This document shows positions 18,828 through 30,996 of a stretch of 58,868 bases of DNA, in pieces. Position 1 is the stretch's first letter. Each line of letters starts with the position of its first letter. This DNA comes from Congregibacter sp. (GTDB taxonomy: Bacteria; Pseudomonadota; Gammaproteobacteria; Pseudomonadales; Halieaceae), in the NCBI GenBank assembly GCA_042094525.1, contig JBELDB010000001.1, positions 13,539 through 72,406 of the forward strand, read 5' to 3'. A program made the translations under genes and the position numbers. The notes under the pieces were generated by a model, which made no database searches, was not told the DNA's origin, and saw nothing but the letters and a program-made list of their open reading frames with translations.

Positions 18828-20132
18828 TCAGCGCATTCGTCTCTTTGCACTCAAACCATGGGCTTCCAGTGACTCAGCATCGGCAAGCACTGACGCCACC
18901 TCACCCAGCGCTTGCGCGCCAGCCTCAGACACATGAATCACACTGCTGCGCCGCTGGAAATCATAAACGCCAAGCGGAGAGGCAAATCGCGCAGAGCCGG
19001 CTGTAGGCAACACATGATTGGGGCCCGCACAGTAGTCTCCAAGCGCTTCTGATGACATGGCCCCCATAAAAATAGCACCGGCAGCACGAATGCCAGCCAT
19101 CAGTGCCTTTGGCTCTGACACAGCTAGCTCCAAATGCTCTGGCGCAATACGATTACTCAGCCCGACCGCGGCACCCATGTCGGGCACTTTGATGAGCGCC
19201 CCCCGATTTTTGAGCGATGCTCTGACAATTTCGCGCCGAGACAGAGTGGGCAGCAGCCTCTCTAGGACATCCGCTACGGCGTTCAAATAATCGGCGTCTG
19301 GAGAGATCAGGATTGCCTGAGCATATTCGTCATGTTCTGACTGGGCAAACAGGTCCATCGCGATCCATTCAGGATCTACCGATCCGTCACCAATAATCAG
19401 GATTTCTGAGGGGCCTGCCACCATGTCGATCCCGACCCGGCCAAAAACCTGCCTTTTTGCCTCAGCGACGTAGCGATTGCCCGGCCCTACAATCTTATCG
19501 ACACGCGGCACCGTGCTCGTCCCATAGGCCAGTGCAGCAACCGCTTGTGCTCCACCGACAGTAAACACATCGTCAACACCTGCAAGTGATGCCGCGGCCA
19601 GCACGACGCGATTGATTTCGCCTCGCGGTGCAGGCGCAACCATGGCGATTTGGCCAACGCCAGCCACCTTGGCGGGAATGGCGTTCATCAACACCGATGA
19701 TGGATAACTGGCCCTCCCTCCGGGAACATAAATCCCCACACTATCCAGCGGCGAAATTCGCTGACCGAGCGTATTGCCTTCTTCATCCTCATATTGCCAG
19801 CTACTGACCTGCTGGCGCTCATGAAAAACACGGATCCGCTCAGCCGCCGTCTCCAGCGCTATCCTCACTTTTTCATCGATCGACCCAAGCGCCTCCGCGA
19901 TCTCCCGCTCACTCACCCGCAGCGACGCGGCGTCGGACACATCGCGCTCATCCAATTCATTAGTCAGGCGAAGGAGCGCGTTGTCACCCTCTTTGGCCAC
20001 ATCGGCAACGATGCGTGATACCGCTTTCGACAAATTTGGATCTGCCTCAGCGGGACTGACCATCAATTCAGCAAAAGCAGATTCGAAGTCCGTATCCGAC
20101 AGATCCAGTCTGGAAATCGCCACCCCGGTCAT
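18828..20132 (-). CDS. hisD: Histidinol dehydrogenase
   Basis: [38 protein letters not shown]. Confidence 0.97.
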   Translation of the reverse strand: MTGVAISRLDLSDTDFESAFAELMVSPAEADPNLSKAVSRIVADVAKEGDNALLRLTNELDERDVSDAASLRVSEREIAEALGSIDEKVRIALETAAERIRVFHERQQVSSWQYEDEEGNTLGQRISPLDSVGIYVPGGRASYPSSVLMNAIPAKVAGVGQIAMVAPAPRGEINRVVLAAASLAGVDDVFTVGGAQAVAALAYGTSTVPRVDKIVGPGNRYVAEAKRQVFGRVGIDMVAGPSEILIIGDGSVDPEWIAMDLFAQSEHDEYAQAILISPDADYLNAVADVLERLLPTLSRREIVRASLKNRGALIKVPDMGAAVGLSNRIAPEHLELAVSEPKALMAGIRAAGAIFMGAMSSEALGDYCAGPNHVLPTAGSARFASPLGVYDFQRRSSVIHVSEAGAQALGEVASVLADAESLEAHGLSAKRRMR

Positions 20133-20788
20133 TTCGTCGATTCCGACTGCACCGCATCGGACAGCGCCTCGATTAGGGCTTGTACCGACATGTGCCGCGT
20201 GCGCATCGAGGCTTTATTGACGATAAGGCGGGAGGATATCTCTGCAATTAACTCTCGGGGTGCCATACCGTTCTCTGCAAGCGTCTTGCCGGTATCAACG
20301 ATGTCGACAATCTCATCAGCCAGACCCATGAGCGGCGCAAGCTCCATCGATCCATATAGCTTGATTAAATCAGCATGCATGCCTTTACGGGCATAGTGAG
20401 CCCTAGCCACATTAAGGAATTTGGTAGCAACTCGGATTCGGCGGCGCTCACCAGAAACAGTAGACTCTGATGCGGGCCCCGCTGTCATCAGTCGGCACTT
20501 CGCGATGCCAAGGTCCAGCGGCTCGTATATGCCCGCTCCACCATGCTCAAGCAGCATATCTTTTCCAGCAATGCCAATATCCGCAGCGCCGTGACGGACA
20601 TAGGTCGGCACGTCAGATCCTCGGAGTATGACGAGGCTGATATTCGCGACGGTGGTGTCGACAATGAGCTTTCGGCTGACATCGAGATCCTCCCGCGGCT
20701 CAATGCCAACCGCCGCCAGCAATGGCAGGGTCTCTTTGAGTATGCGTCCTTTGGTGAGCGCAATGGTAATGTCGTGTTGAAGCTGCAT
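20129..20788 (-). CDS. hisG: ATP phosphoribosyltransferase, short form (HisZ-dependent)
   Basis: [27 protein letters not shown]; 219 aa. Confidence 0.96.
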   Translation of the reverse strand: MQLQHDITIALTKGRILKETLPLLAAVGIEPREDLDVSRKLIVDTTVANISLVILRGSDVPTYVRHGAADIGIAGKDMLLEHGGAGIYEPLDLGIAKCRLMTAGPASESTVSGERRRIRVATKFLNVARAHYARKGMHADLIKLYGSMELAPLMGLADEIVDIVDTGKTLAENGMAPRELIAEISSRLIVNKASMRTRHMSVQALIEALSDAVQSESTK

Positions 20789-20805
20789 AAAACCTCAGAC
20801 GCTTG

Positions 20806-22080
<1,275 letters not shown>

Positions 22081-22299
22081 TCAAGGGGTCCGGGCACTGA
22101 TTTGAACCGCGTGAAGTGTGCCGTCAGCAATGAGCGCAGAAAGCGGCTCGTAAACACGTTGCTGGCAAGCAACAGGTCTCAATCCCTCGAAATCGGCACT
22201 GATCACCGTGATATCAACATGCCCTCCATCCAAGGCAACGGCAATCTCAGCGCCGGGGAAGGCCGCTTGCAGTAAACCGGTCAGTTCTTGCTCAGTCAC
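22081..22299 (-). CDS. ibaG: BolA/IbaG family protein
   Basis: DGGH, FEGL, QQRVY, LHAV; between mlaC and murA; GTG start at 22299. Confidence 0.85.
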   Translation of the reverse strand: MTEQELTGLLQAAFPGAEIAVALDGGHVDITVISADFEGLRPVACQQRVYEPLSALIADGTLHAVQISARTP

Positions 22300-22990
22300 C
22301 TGATATTGCCTCCGCCTGTTCAGCAATCGTTGCGTTCCATTGGCTGACCACCTGATCGAGATCACCATCTGCCTCCACCGCTAACGCGGCGAATTGGTTG
22401 CGATATATCTCGCCCAGGTTAATGGTCTCGATGATCAGATTGCGCAGACGCCACGAGCCGTCTTTGTATTGCCCCATTTGGTAGCGAATGGTGTACACCC
22501 GCTCAGCTTCACCATAAACCAACTGGGTGACCGAGGCGACACGTGTGCTTTGAGGCGATGCCTCGACACCCTCCACTTCCATCCTGGCTCCACCGAAAGC
22601 AAGCAAGCCCTTGGCATAACTGCGAATCAGACCTTCCCGAAGGTTGATCGCGAAGTCGTCACGCTGACGCTTCAAATTAGCTCTACCCGCCTGATCCATG
22701 GAACGGCCACGACTGTAATAGTCGCCCATCACCGCCGTGGCAAACCCCCGCCAATCGACCAGCTCCGACAGCGCGCTATCGATTTCCCGATAGTAGCGGT
22801 CTGGATCATCATCAAAGTAGGTATCGGCCTCAGCCACTACCTGCATCACCTGAGTGGTGACCTCGCTGATCACCTCTGCCGGCCCAAGATGACTCGGCGG
22901 ATGCTGCTCGGTCTCTGCTGCTGCAATACTCTGCATCAGCGCGAAAGCCACAGTGACGGCGGCTTGGAAACACCTCTTAGCGAAGAACAC
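22292..22990 (-). CDS. mlaC: Periplasmic phospholipid-binding protein MlaC/Ttg2D
   Basis: Signal peptide, LIRSYAKGL, WRLRNLIIETINLG..YRNQF, LDQVV..W. Confidence 0.85.
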   Translation of the reverse strand: MFFAKRCFQAAVTVAFALMQSIAAAETEQHPPSHLGPAEVISEVTTQVMQVVAEADTYFDDDPDRYYREIDSALSELVDWRGFATAVMGDYYSRGRSMDQAGRANLKRQRDDFAINLREGLIRSYAKGLLAFGGARMEVEGVEASPQSTRVASVTQLVYGEAERVYTIRYQMGQYKDGSWRLRNLIIETINLGEIYRNQFAALAVEADGDLDQVVSQWNATIAEQAEAISGD

Positions 22991-23203
22991 GGCAAACTCC
23001 TCTTCACGCTTTCACTGAATCAAGTACAGCCACCCCTGCAAAGCGATTGGCAATGCCCGCCATAAAGGGGGGTGACTGGGGTAGACTACCTAGGGCGCTA
23101 CATTTGCTGGGTCTCGTCAAACCAAGCGCCCGGATGTGTACCATGATACCTGATCGGCGCGATGGTCACTCGCCCACCCGTCGGAAGAAATAAGGAAAAT
23201 GCT

Positions 23204-24160
23204 GTGTTGTGGTATTCGCTAGCGATTGCAGCAGGTCTGATCGCTTTGGTGTGGAGTGCGGACCGTTTCGTGGACGGCGCCTCTGCGATTGCGAGCCGGG
23301 CCGGACTGACACCGATGCTGATCGGCCTGACCATTGTATCGGTGGGTACTTCTGCCCCCGAGATTCTGATTTCAATTATGTCTGCAGTCGCGGACTCAGG
23401 AGAGCTGGCGGTGGGCAACGCGCTAGGCTCTAACATTGCAAACGTCGGCCTGGTGTTGGGCGTCACACTGCTTTTTAGTGCCATCACTTTAGGTCGCAGT
23501 ACCACCTTCATCGATCTGCCGTTTTTGCTCCTGGCCGTTTTGCTGACCTGGGGACTGCTGTGGGATCTGGAACTGTCGAGCACAGACAGTTTGATATTAC
23601 TCGGCACTTTGGGACTCTTTTTTGCGCGCATCGCGCACCACGCCAAAAAACCCGACATCAATAGCGAGACCCCAGAGGTTCCGACGCTGAGTCTGCCTGT
23701 GGCCTGGATATCGTTCCTCGGAGGCTTGGCGGTGCTGATTGCGTCATCGAGGATATTGGTATGGGCCTCGTCACAAATAGCCGCCGAATTGGGCGTATCA
23801 GAGCTCGTAATCGGTCTGACTATTGTTGCCGTGGGAACCAGCTTGCCTGAATTGGCTGCATCGGTCATGAGTGCAATGAAAGGCCATGCAGATATGGCTG
23901 TAGGAGCCATTCTAGGCTCCAACATGTTCAATATCCTTTTGGTGCTTGCCATTCCGGGCTTCTGGGGTGACCTGCAACTGGCTCCTGAGGTGATTAGCAG
24001 GGATATGGTCGCGGTATTTCTCACATCTCTGGTTCTTGCTCTGGCGGCTATCTGGCGTTGGAATGGTGAGTCCGGCGCCGGCGTTTTGTGGAGAGGCACG
24101 GGAACGGTGCTGTTGTCGCTCTACATCGCTTATTACTGCTGGCTCTTCATGGCACCCTGA
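23204..24160 (+). CDS. yrbG: Calcium/sodium antiporter (YrbG family)
   Basis: Alpha repeats GTSAPE and GTSLPE, GSNIAN and GSNMFN; GTG 23204 has an AAGGA RBS. Confidence 0.9.
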   Translation: MLWYSLAIAAGLIALVWSADRFVDGASAIASRAGLTPMLIGLTIVSVGTSAPEILISIMSAVADSGELAVGNALGSNIANVGLVLGVTLLFSAITLGRSTTFIDLPFLLLAVLLTWGLLWDLELSSTDSLILLGTLGLFFARIAHHAKKPDINSETPEVPTLSLPVAWISFLGGLAVLIASSRILVWASSQIAAELGVSELVIGLTIVAVGTSLPELAASVMSAMKGHADMAVGAILGSNMFNILLVLAIPGFWGDLQLAPEVISRDMVAVFLTSLVLALAAIWRWNGESGAGVLWRGTGTVLLSLYIAYYCWLFMAP

Positions 24161-24183
24161 CTCCATACCTGATATCGCTGAAT

Positions 24184-25164
24184 ATGGCTGAGCACACTGA
24201 TCACTTTTTCATAGAATCTGCACAGAGAACCATCTCTCTGGAAAGCCAGGCCGTAGGCGCGCTCGGCGACAGTCTGGGCGCCTCATTCGCGGCGGCGTGC
24301 CGGGTATTACTGGGGGTAACAGGGCGAGTGGTGGTAACGGGCATGGGGAAAAGCGGCCACATCGCGGGCAAGATCGCCGCCACGCTGGCAAGCACTGGAA
24401 CCCCTGCGTTCTTTGTTCATCCTGCTGAGGCGTCACATGGTGACATGGGCATGATTACCCCGAATGACTGCGTCATCGCCCTGTCTAACAGTGGCGGCAC
24501 ACACGAAATTCTGACCCTCCTGCCTCTCATCAAGCGATTGGATGTGCCGCTGATCAGCATGACAGGCGATAAAAACTCTGACCTTGCTCAAGCGTCAAAT
24601 GTACATCTGCTGGTAGCAGTCGAAACCGAGGCCTGCCCTTTGAATCTGGCGCCAACTTCCAGCACCACCGCGGCGCTGGTGATGGGCGACGCCTTGGCCA
24701 TAGCGATCCTTGAGGCAAGAGGCTTCACTGCGGAAGAGTTCGCCTTTTCCCACCCCGGAGGGACCCTTGGCAAACGGTTGCTGCTTCGAGTTGCTGATGT
24801 GATGCACCGAGCTGATGAGGTGCCGCTGGTCACACCCGATGCCACACTGGCCGAGGCGCTGTTCGAGATGACAAAGAAAGGGCTTGGCATGACCACCATC
24901 GCAGACAAGGATGGCAAGTTGCTGGGCGTTTTCACTGACGGAGATCTGCGGCGGGTAGTTGAAGACCAAGCAGACCTCAAAAACACCCCTCTCTCTGAGG
25001 TCATGACACCTGGCGCGCGGGTGGTGAAGGAAGATTTATTGGCTGCTGAAGCAATGAGCATGATGGAACGACATCAGATCAGTACGCTGGTTATCGTTAA
25101 TGAAACACATCACATAGAGGGTGTCGTGACACTACTGGCTCTCCTCAAAGCGGGCATCTCATGA
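24184..25164 (+). CDS. kdsD: Arabinose-5-phosphate isomerase
   Basis: GMGKSGH, HPAEASHGD, APTSST, HPGG, CBS pair. Confidence 0.96.
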   Translation: MAEHTDHFFIESAQRTISLESQAVGALGDSLGASFAAACRVLLGVTGRVVVTGMGKSGHIAGKIAATLASTGTPAFFVHPAEASHGDMGMITPNDCVIALSNSGGTHEILTLLPLIKRLDVPLISMTGDKNSDLAQASNVHLLVAVETEACPLNLAPTSSTTAALVMGDALAIAILEARGFTAEEFAFSHPGGTLGKRLLLRVADVMHRADEVPLVTPDATLAEALFEMTKKGLGMTTIADKDGKLLGVFTDGDLRRVVEDQADLKNTPLSEVMTPGARVVKEDLLAAEAMSMMERHQISTLVIVNETHHIEGVVTLLALLKAGIS

Positions 25165-25685
25165 CAGGCCGAGCTGCACAAAAAGCCGAGTCAGTGACGC
25201 TGGTTGTACTGGATGTCGATGGCGTGATGACCGATGGCAGGTTGGTGTACCGGGGTGCAGGAGAACCTGAAAGCAAGGCCTTTAACGTCAAGGACGGTCT
25301 GGGTATCAAGCTCTTGCAGCGGGGGGGTATTGAGGTCGCCATCATTACTGGCAGATCATCCGAGGCTGTGGAGCGACGTGCAACCGAATTGGGTATCTCC
25401 GCACTGATTCAAGGTCGCGAAGATAAGGGGGCAGCGCTTGAGGAAATATTGGCGCTTCGGCAGCAAGCTGCGGCATCGGTCGCCTACATGGGAGATGATC
25501 TTCCTGATTTGGGCGCAATGCGTCTGGCTGGCCTCGCTACTTGTCCCAGTGACGCGGCTGATCTGATCAAAAATAATGCGGACTGGATAGCGCCTTTGCC
25601 AGGCGGCCATGGCGCAGTACGAGCGTTGTGTGACTTTATCTTGCAAGCTCAGGGGCAGCTCCAAGACCTGCAAAACACCTACTGA
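25161..25685 (+). CDS. kdsC: KDO-8-phosphate phosphatase
   Basis: DVDGVMTDG, ITGR, GDDLPD, GGHGAVR. Confidence 0.95.
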   Translation: MTGRAAQKAESVTLVVLDVDGVMTDGRLVYRGAGEPESKAFNVKDGLGIKLLQRGGIEVAIITGRSSEAVERRATELGISALIQGREDKGAALEEILALRQQAAASVAYMGDDLPDLGAMRLAGLATCPSDAADLIKNNADWIAPLPGGHGAVRALCDFILQAQGQLQDLQNTY

Positions 25686-26224
25686 TGAGGACTCTGGTCA
25701 TTTCAACTGGTGTCGTCGCTTTGGGAGTCGCGCTTTGGCAGATTCTTGCACCCGCGTCGAGCACAAGCCTGCCCGTGAACACTGCGGAAAAATCTGTTGT
25801 TGGCAGCTATCTAGTGGACGGAACCCGGACGCATTTCTCAGCGAGCGGCCCTGCATCAGATGTGCTGCAGATTGGCACAGCCACAAGGTGGCTTAACAGC
25901 GACGAAACCTCCCTCAACGACATTCGCTACCGCGCGCACGGTGAAGATGATGCTCAGTGGGATATTGACGCCTCGGAAGGCATTTTCTTTGAGGCCACTA
26001 ATGAACTCGTATTGAAAAATGGAGTCACAGTGTTGGAGCGTAGCAGGGAGGCTGTCGTCAGCACGGAGGCCATGCGGCTTTATATGAACCAAAAGCGGGC
26101 TGTGGGGGAGCATGAGGTGGTGATGACAGGCCAAGGCAGCCGGACCACCGGCGCATCCTTTGAGCTGGACCTTCAAACCAACACCGCCACGCTAAAAGGT
26201 GATGTCGTTACCGACTATGAATAA
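25685..26224 (+). CDS. lptC: LPS export protein LptC
   Basis: TM anchor then beta-rich domain; between kdsC and lptA. Confidence 0.82.
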   Translation: MRTLVISTGVVALGVALWQILAPASSTSLPVNTAEKSVVGSYLVDGTRTHFSASGPASDVLQIGTATRWLNSDETSLNDIRYRAHGEDDAQWDIDASEGIFFEATNELVLKNGVTVLERSREAVVSTEAMRLYMNQKRAVGEHEVVMTGQGSRTTGASFELDLQTNTATLKGDVVTDYE

Positions 26225-26747
26225 TCTCGGCCGCTTTTTTCAATGGTCTCTGCTGACCCTCTTTGTCGTGGCCTTACACGCCCATGGCCTCGACTCCGAT
26301 CGAAATCAACCGATTCAGATTACCGCCGATGTCGCCGTTCGAGATGAAGGCAGAGGAGAGACTCGCTACGAGGGCAATGTCGTTCTGACTCAGGGCTCTT
26401 TGCGCATCTCTGCTGACACGCTTTCGATACGTCACGGCGCTGCAGAGGCGGACAAGATTGTCGCCACTGGACAGCCAGCTACCCTTGTTCAACAACCGAC
26501 TGTCGACCAAGCACCCGTTGACGCTTCGGCTAAGCGTATTGAATACATCCGGTCCAGTGACCTTGTGCGCTTAATTGATGATGCGCGTATTGCTCAGGAT
26601 GGTTCGACTCTGTCGGGCAACCAGATTGATTACCTTGTCACCCAGCGAACCGTCAGGGCTGCAGGGACCCCGGGTGCAGAGGGCGCGGACCGCGTAGAGG
26701 TTGTTATTCCGCCGGAGAACCTACGGAGTCGTCAACCAGATGAGTAG
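26217..26747 (+). CDS. lptA: LPS transport periplasmic protein LptA
   Basis: [32 protein letters not shown]. Confidence 0.93.
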   Translation: MNNLGRFFQWSLLTLFVVALHAHGLDSDRNQPIQITADVAVRDEGRGETRYEGNVVLTQGSLRISADTLSIRHGAAEADKIVATGQPATLVQQPTVDQAPVDASAKRIEYIRSSDLVRLIDDARIAQDGSTLSGNQIDYLVTQRTVRAAGTPGAEGADRVEVVIPPENLRSRQPDE

Positions 26748-27468
26748 CACCCTCAGTGCACACCATCTCGCCAAGGCTTACGGCGGTCGGCCAGTGGTTC
26801 GGGACGTTTCGCTGCAGGTGAGCGCAGGGGAAATTGTCGGCTTGCTGGGACCCAATGGAGCGGGCAAGACCACTTGTTTTTACATGATCGTGGGACTGGT
26901 CGAGGCAGATGCGGGAGATATCCAACTGGACGGTCAATCACTCATGGCGCTGCCCATGCATCGACGAGCCCGCGCGGGTATTGGATACCTGCCTCAAGAA
27001 GCATCGATCTTCAGACAGCTGTCGGTAAGGGACAACCTGCTGGCCATTCTTGAAACACGCAAGGAACTCAACCGCAAAACTCGACAAGAAATGGCCCAAG
27101 CACTGCTCGAGGAGTTCAATGTCGGCCATTTGGCTGATTCTTTGGGGCAGGCCCTGTCTGGAGGCGAACGGCGGCGAGTCGAGATCGCACGGGCGCTCGC
27201 AACCGAGCCGACTGTTATCTTATTGGACGAGCCATTTGCAGGGGTTGACCCTATCTCCATCTCGGACATCAAGGACATCATCACGCACCTGAAGGCACGG
27301 GATATTGGCGTCCTGATCACCGATCATAATGTCAGAGAGACTCTGGATATTTGCGAGCGCGCATACATTGTCGGAGAGGGCCACGTCATCGCATCAGGCA
27401 CTCCGCCGGAAGTACTGGCCAATGACAAGGTCCGCGAAACCTATCTTGGCGAACACTTTTCTCTCTAG
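26740..27468 (+). CDS. lptB: LPS export ABC ATPase
   Basis: [44 protein letters not shown]. Confidence 0.97.
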   Translation: MSSTLSAHHLAKAYGGRPVVRDVSLQVSAGEIVGLLGPNGAGKTTCFYMIVGLVEADAGDIQLDGQSLMALPMHRRARAGIGYLPQEASIFRQLSVRDNLLAILETRKELNRKTRQEMAQALLEEFNVGHLADSLGQALSGGERRRVEIARALATEPTVILLDEPFAGVDPISISDIKDIITHLKARDIGVLITDHNVRETLDICERAYIVGEGHVIASGTPPEVLANDKVRETYLGEHFSL

Positions 27469-27524
27469 ATCCCCAGATATCGCCAAAAAAGAGCCCTAAT
27501 TGAGCGATTCTCAGCTGACGCGCA

Positions 27525-27541
27525 AGCAATTTCCTTGCCAA
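27525..27541 (-). promoter_or_regulatory. Putative sigma54 -24/-12 element, inverted relative to rpoN
   Basis: Minus strand TTGGCAAGGAAATTGCT = GG-N10-GC with TGGCA and TTGCT. Confidence 0.6.
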
Positions 27542-27602
27542 CTTGGTTGCAACGCTGTGGTGTGACGATAAACTGGTGAGCCAATGTGGCATCACCGGCG
27601 GT

Positions 27603-29003
27603 ATGAAACAGGCGCTACAGTTAAAACTCGGACAACAACTGGCTCTGACTCCGCAGTTGCAGCAGGCAATAAAACTGCTACAGCTCAGCACCGTTGACCT
27701 GCAGCAAACTATTGAAGAAACCCTAGAGTCGAATGCGCTACTCGAGAGGGAGAGCGACTCCTCAGATCAGGAAGATCTCGACTTTAGTGAAATAGCACCA
27801 GATGAGGATGCCAGTGACGATCTGGCAGTAGATACAGTCTGGGAAGATGCCCTGCCCTCCTCGGCGCCACCGATCTCCAACACCCCGACCGACACGGATT
27901 TTTCCGAGCATGACTCGGAACAGGAGTCACTCAGAGACCATCTTCTGTGGCAGCTCAATTTGACTCGTTTTTCCGATACTGACCATTTCATTGCTCTCGC
28001 ATTGATCGACGCCATAGACACTGATGGTCGCCTGACGCAAACGCCGGAAGATATTCACACTGATCTGGATATGGAGCACATCGATCTCGACGAGGTGCTG
28101 GCGGTGTTGCACAGACTTCAGCACTTTGAACCACCGGGGCTTTTCGCTGCTGACCTTCGGGAGTGTCTGCTCATTCAGCTCAGACAGCTGTCATCGGACA
28201 CACCGTTTCGAGAAATAGCCGGAGCGCTTGTCAGCCGTCACCTTGCGCAGTTGCCGACAGCCCCCCCAAGACAGTTGGCTAAAAAGCTCCGTTCCAATGA
28301 ATCGGAACTGGACGGGGCAATTCAACTGATTCGTTCTCTCGATCCCACTCCCGGCGCTTCCATTGGAGGCGAGCAAACCGAATTCGTCACGCCCGATGTC
28401 TTTGTCCGACAGCAGGACGGAAGATGGCAAGTCGAACTCAATCCAGAAGTCGCGCCTAGACTGAGAGTTAACGATCATTATGTCGCCATGCTCAATGGTG
28501 GATCAGCCGCAGATCGAGGGTACGTCAAAGAACAGCTGCAAGAGGCACGGTGGTTCATGAAGAGCCTGCAAAGCCGCAATGAAACCCTGCTCAAAGTTGC
28601 CACTAAGATCATTGAGCATCAAAAGTCGTTCCTTGAATTGGGTGAGATTGGCATGAAGCCACTGGTATTGGCAGATATCGCCAAAGAAGTGGACTTACAC
28701 GAGTCGACTGTCTCACGCGCTACCACTCGAAAATATTTGCATACCCCCAGAGGTACATTTGAACTCAAGTACTTTTTCTCAAGCCGAGTGACAGGAGAGC
28801 AAGGAGATGACATCGCCTCGACCGCAATCAAAGCCGCCATCCGACAGTTGGTCTCTGAGGAAAACCTTCGCAAACCGCTTAGTGACGCAAAATTATGCGC
28901 ACTACTGAAAGAACAGGGCATAGCGGTAGCGCGCAGAACCATCGCCAAATACAGGGATCAACTATCGATCCCGCCCTCGAATGAACGCAAACGTCTAAAA
29001 TGA
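27603..29003 (+). CDS. rpoN: RNA polymerase sigma-54 factor
   Basis: LTPQLQQAIKLLQL, HESTVSRAT, ELKYFF, RpoN box ARRTIAKYR. Confidence 0.97.
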   Translation: MKQALQLKLGQQLALTPQLQQAIKLLQLSTVDLQQTIEETLESNALLERESDSSDQEDLDFSEIAPDEDASDDLAVDTVWEDALPSSAPPISNTPTDTDFSEHDSEQESLRDHLLWQLNLTRFSDTDHFIALALIDAIDTDGRLTQTPEDIHTDLDMEHIDLDEVLAVLHRLQHFEPPGLFAADLRECLLIQLRQLSSDTPFREIAGALVSRHLAQLPTAPPRQLAKKLRSNESELDGAIQLIRSLDPTPGASIGGEQTEFVTPDVFVRQQDGRWQVELNPEVAPRLRVNDHYVAMLNGGSAADRGYVKEQLQEARWFMKSLQSRNETLLKVATKIIEHQKSFLELGEIGMKPLVLADIAKEVDLHESTVSRATTRKYLHTPRGTFELKYFFSSRVTGEQGDDIASTAIKAAIRQLVSEENLRKPLSDAKLCALLKEQGIAVARRTIAKYRDQLSIPPSNERKRLK

Positions 29004-29034
29004 TATTGAAAAATCGTCGACAAAGGAGTGCGGT

Positions 29035-29322
29035 ATGAATTTGACCATTAGCGGACACCACTTGGACGTGACCACCGCCATCAGACAACATGTTGAAGAT
29101 AAGCTGGCGCCCATACAACGCCATGGTGACCACATCACGCGTATTGAAGTCACGCTGATTGTCGAGAAGCATCTCCATAAAGCAGAAGCGAATCTGCATG
29201 TTGCTGGCGCTGACTTATTTGCCTCATCAGAGTCTGACGACATGTACATCGCCATCGAAGCACTAGCCGATAAGCTTGATCGCCAGGTTATTAAGCACAA
29301 GGAAAAGCACCGAGGCCATTGA
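29035..29322 (+). CDS. hpf: Ribosome hibernation promoting factor (short HPF)
   Basis: ISGHHLDVT, DMYIAI, KLDRQVIKHKEK. Confidence 0.95.
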   Translation: MNLTISGHHLDVTTAIRQHVEDKLAPIQRHGDHITRIEVTLIVEKHLHKAEANLHVAGADLFASSESDDMYIAIEALADKLDRQVIKHKEKHRGH

Positions 29323-29325
29323 TTG

Positions 29326-29787
29326 ATGTCAAATCAGACCCCATTGGCGCTGCCACATATTCAGGTGCTCTGCGGCGAGTCTTTGCTGAGCAAGAAACGG
29401 CTGTTCGAGCGATCAGCAGAGTCGCTGAGCGAGGAATTAGGCCTCCATAGCCAAGCCATTTACCGGGCGCTACTCGATCGGGAAAAACTAGGCAGCACCG
29501 CCATTGGTGAGGGCGTAGCGATACCTCATTGTCGCGCAGCACAGTGCACAGAAGCCGCGGGGTGTCTGGTCATACTGCAAGAACCTCTTGACTACGGTAG
29601 CCCAGACGGCAGCAAGGTCGATATCGTTTTCGTGCTACTCGTGCCCGAAGAGGCAACCGAGGAGCATCTCCATCTCTTAGCGGGACTCGCTCGCTCCTTC
29701 TCGCACGACAGCGTGCGATCGGGCATCCGGGAGGCGCAGAACGCCGAGCAGGCGAAAGCGATACTGCTCCAGGGAGCCACAATGTGA
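29326..29787 (+). CDS. ptsN: PTS IIA-like nitrogen regulatory protein
   Basis: SKKRLFE, REKLGSTAIGEGVAIPH, LLVPE. Confidence 0.93.
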   Translation: MSNQTPLALPHIQVLCGESLLSKKRLFERSAESLSEELGLHSQAIYRALLDREKLGSTAIGEGVAIPHCRAAQCTEAAGCLVILQEPLDYGSPDGSKVDIVFVLLVPEEATEEHLHLLAGLARSFSHDSVRSGIREAQNAEQAKAILLQGATM

Positions 29788-30656
29788 AACCGCGGCTAAT
29801 CATCATCAGTGGCAGCTCGGGAGCCGGCAAAAGCAGCGCATTGCGATTGTTGGAAGACGAAGGATACTACTGCGTCGATAATCTTCCCCCAAGGCTATTA
29901 ACAGCCTTTGCCGAGGAAGTTTTGGACCACCCGGACTACAAGAGATTTCATGGCATAGCGGTGTGCATCGATGCTCGCGCGATGAAAATGGGCGACGACG
30001 ATGTTCGGGCTCTCGACCCCCTACTCGCGCTGAAGGACAGACTCATTATCTTTCTCGACGCGCAACCATATGTTCTCTTAAAGCGCTTCAGCGAGACTCG
30101 CCGCCGACACCCCCTCGCGGGATCTGACAATTCACTACCCGAAGCAATCTCGCGGGAAAGAAAACATCTCGAGTTCATTGCCGCAGCCGCAGATCTTCTC
30201 ATAGACACGACGGATCTCACTCCGCGAGCGCTTAGAGATATGATCACCAACCGTATTGTGGGGCAAAGGGACGGCCAGTCCATTCTGCTGGAATCTTTTG
30301 CTTTCAAACGTGGGGTGCCGACCGACGCCGACTTTGTGTTCGATGCTCGCGCGCTGCCCAACCCTTATTGGCGAGACGATCTCAGGGCTTTAGATGGGAC
30401 AGACGAATCTGTTAGAGAGTTTCTTGAAAACGATTCGCGGTGTTTGAATTTCTACGAGACGCTGCGGGGCTTTATCGAAGACATGCTTCACGAATTCGAC
30501 GCATCGGATCGGAGTTACATGACCATTGCTGTTGGGTGTACCGGCGGGCAGCATCGTTCGGTCTATCTCGCAACTAGGTTGCATGAGGACCTGCTGCAGC
30601 GCTACCCGTCAGCTCAGATCCGGCACCGGGATCTCCCCCGAGTGAATTCACCATGA
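29784..30656 (+). CDS. rapZ: RNase adapter / P-loop protein RapZ
   Basis: SGSSGAGKS, VDNLP, RFSETRRRHPL, LPNPYW, GCTGGQHRSV. Confidence 0.95.
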   Translation: MKPRLIIISGSSGAGKSSALRLLEDEGYYCVDNLPPRLLTAFAEEVLDHPDYKRFHGIAVCIDARAMKMGDDDVRALDPLLALKDRLIIFLDAQPYVLLKRFSETRRRHPLAGSDNSLPEAISRERKHLEFIAAAADLLIDTTDLTPRALRDMITNRIVGQRDGQSILLESFAFKRGVPTDADFVFDARALPNPYWRDDLRALDGTDESVREFLENDSRCLNFYETLRGFIEDMLHEFDASDRSYMTIAVGCTGGQHRSVYLATRLHEDLLQRYPSAQIRHRDLPRVNSP

Positions 30657-30922
30657 CGCGCGGCCAACTCACCATCATGAATCCTCTGGGCCTGCACGCT
30701 CGCCCCGCAGCCAAACTCGTGGATTGTGCAGCCCGATACACCAGTGAAATTCGGTTGACGCATCAAGGACAGACCATTGATGCCAAAAGTATTATGTCTG
30801 TGCTGATGTTAGCGGCTCCCTGTGGCGCAATCCTCGAGGTCACTCTCGATGGGAACGACGAGCAAGCAGCGCTGGAAGCTCTGGAAGTGCTATTCAGCAA
30901 TGGATTTGGCGAGCTGGAATAA
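30653..30922 (+). CDS. npr: Phosphocarrier NPr (HPr family)
   Basis: GLHARPAA, DAKSIMSV; end of rpoN operon. Confidence 0.9.
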   Translation: MTRGQLTIMNPLGLHARPAAKLVDCAARYTSEIRLTHQGQTIDAKSIMSVLMLAAPCGAILEVTLDGNDEQAALEALEVLFSNGFGELE

Positions 30923-30996
30923 GTCACAAAGGCATTTTCGCGGGTAGAACTTCTATATCGGTAGCGGATAATGAGCACCTCCATGGAGGTCCCGTC

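Noticed and set aside
23098-24099. 333-aa ORF antisense to yrbG
   Set aside because: Codon-aligned mirror of a hydrophobic membrane gene; typical stop-poor shadow frame
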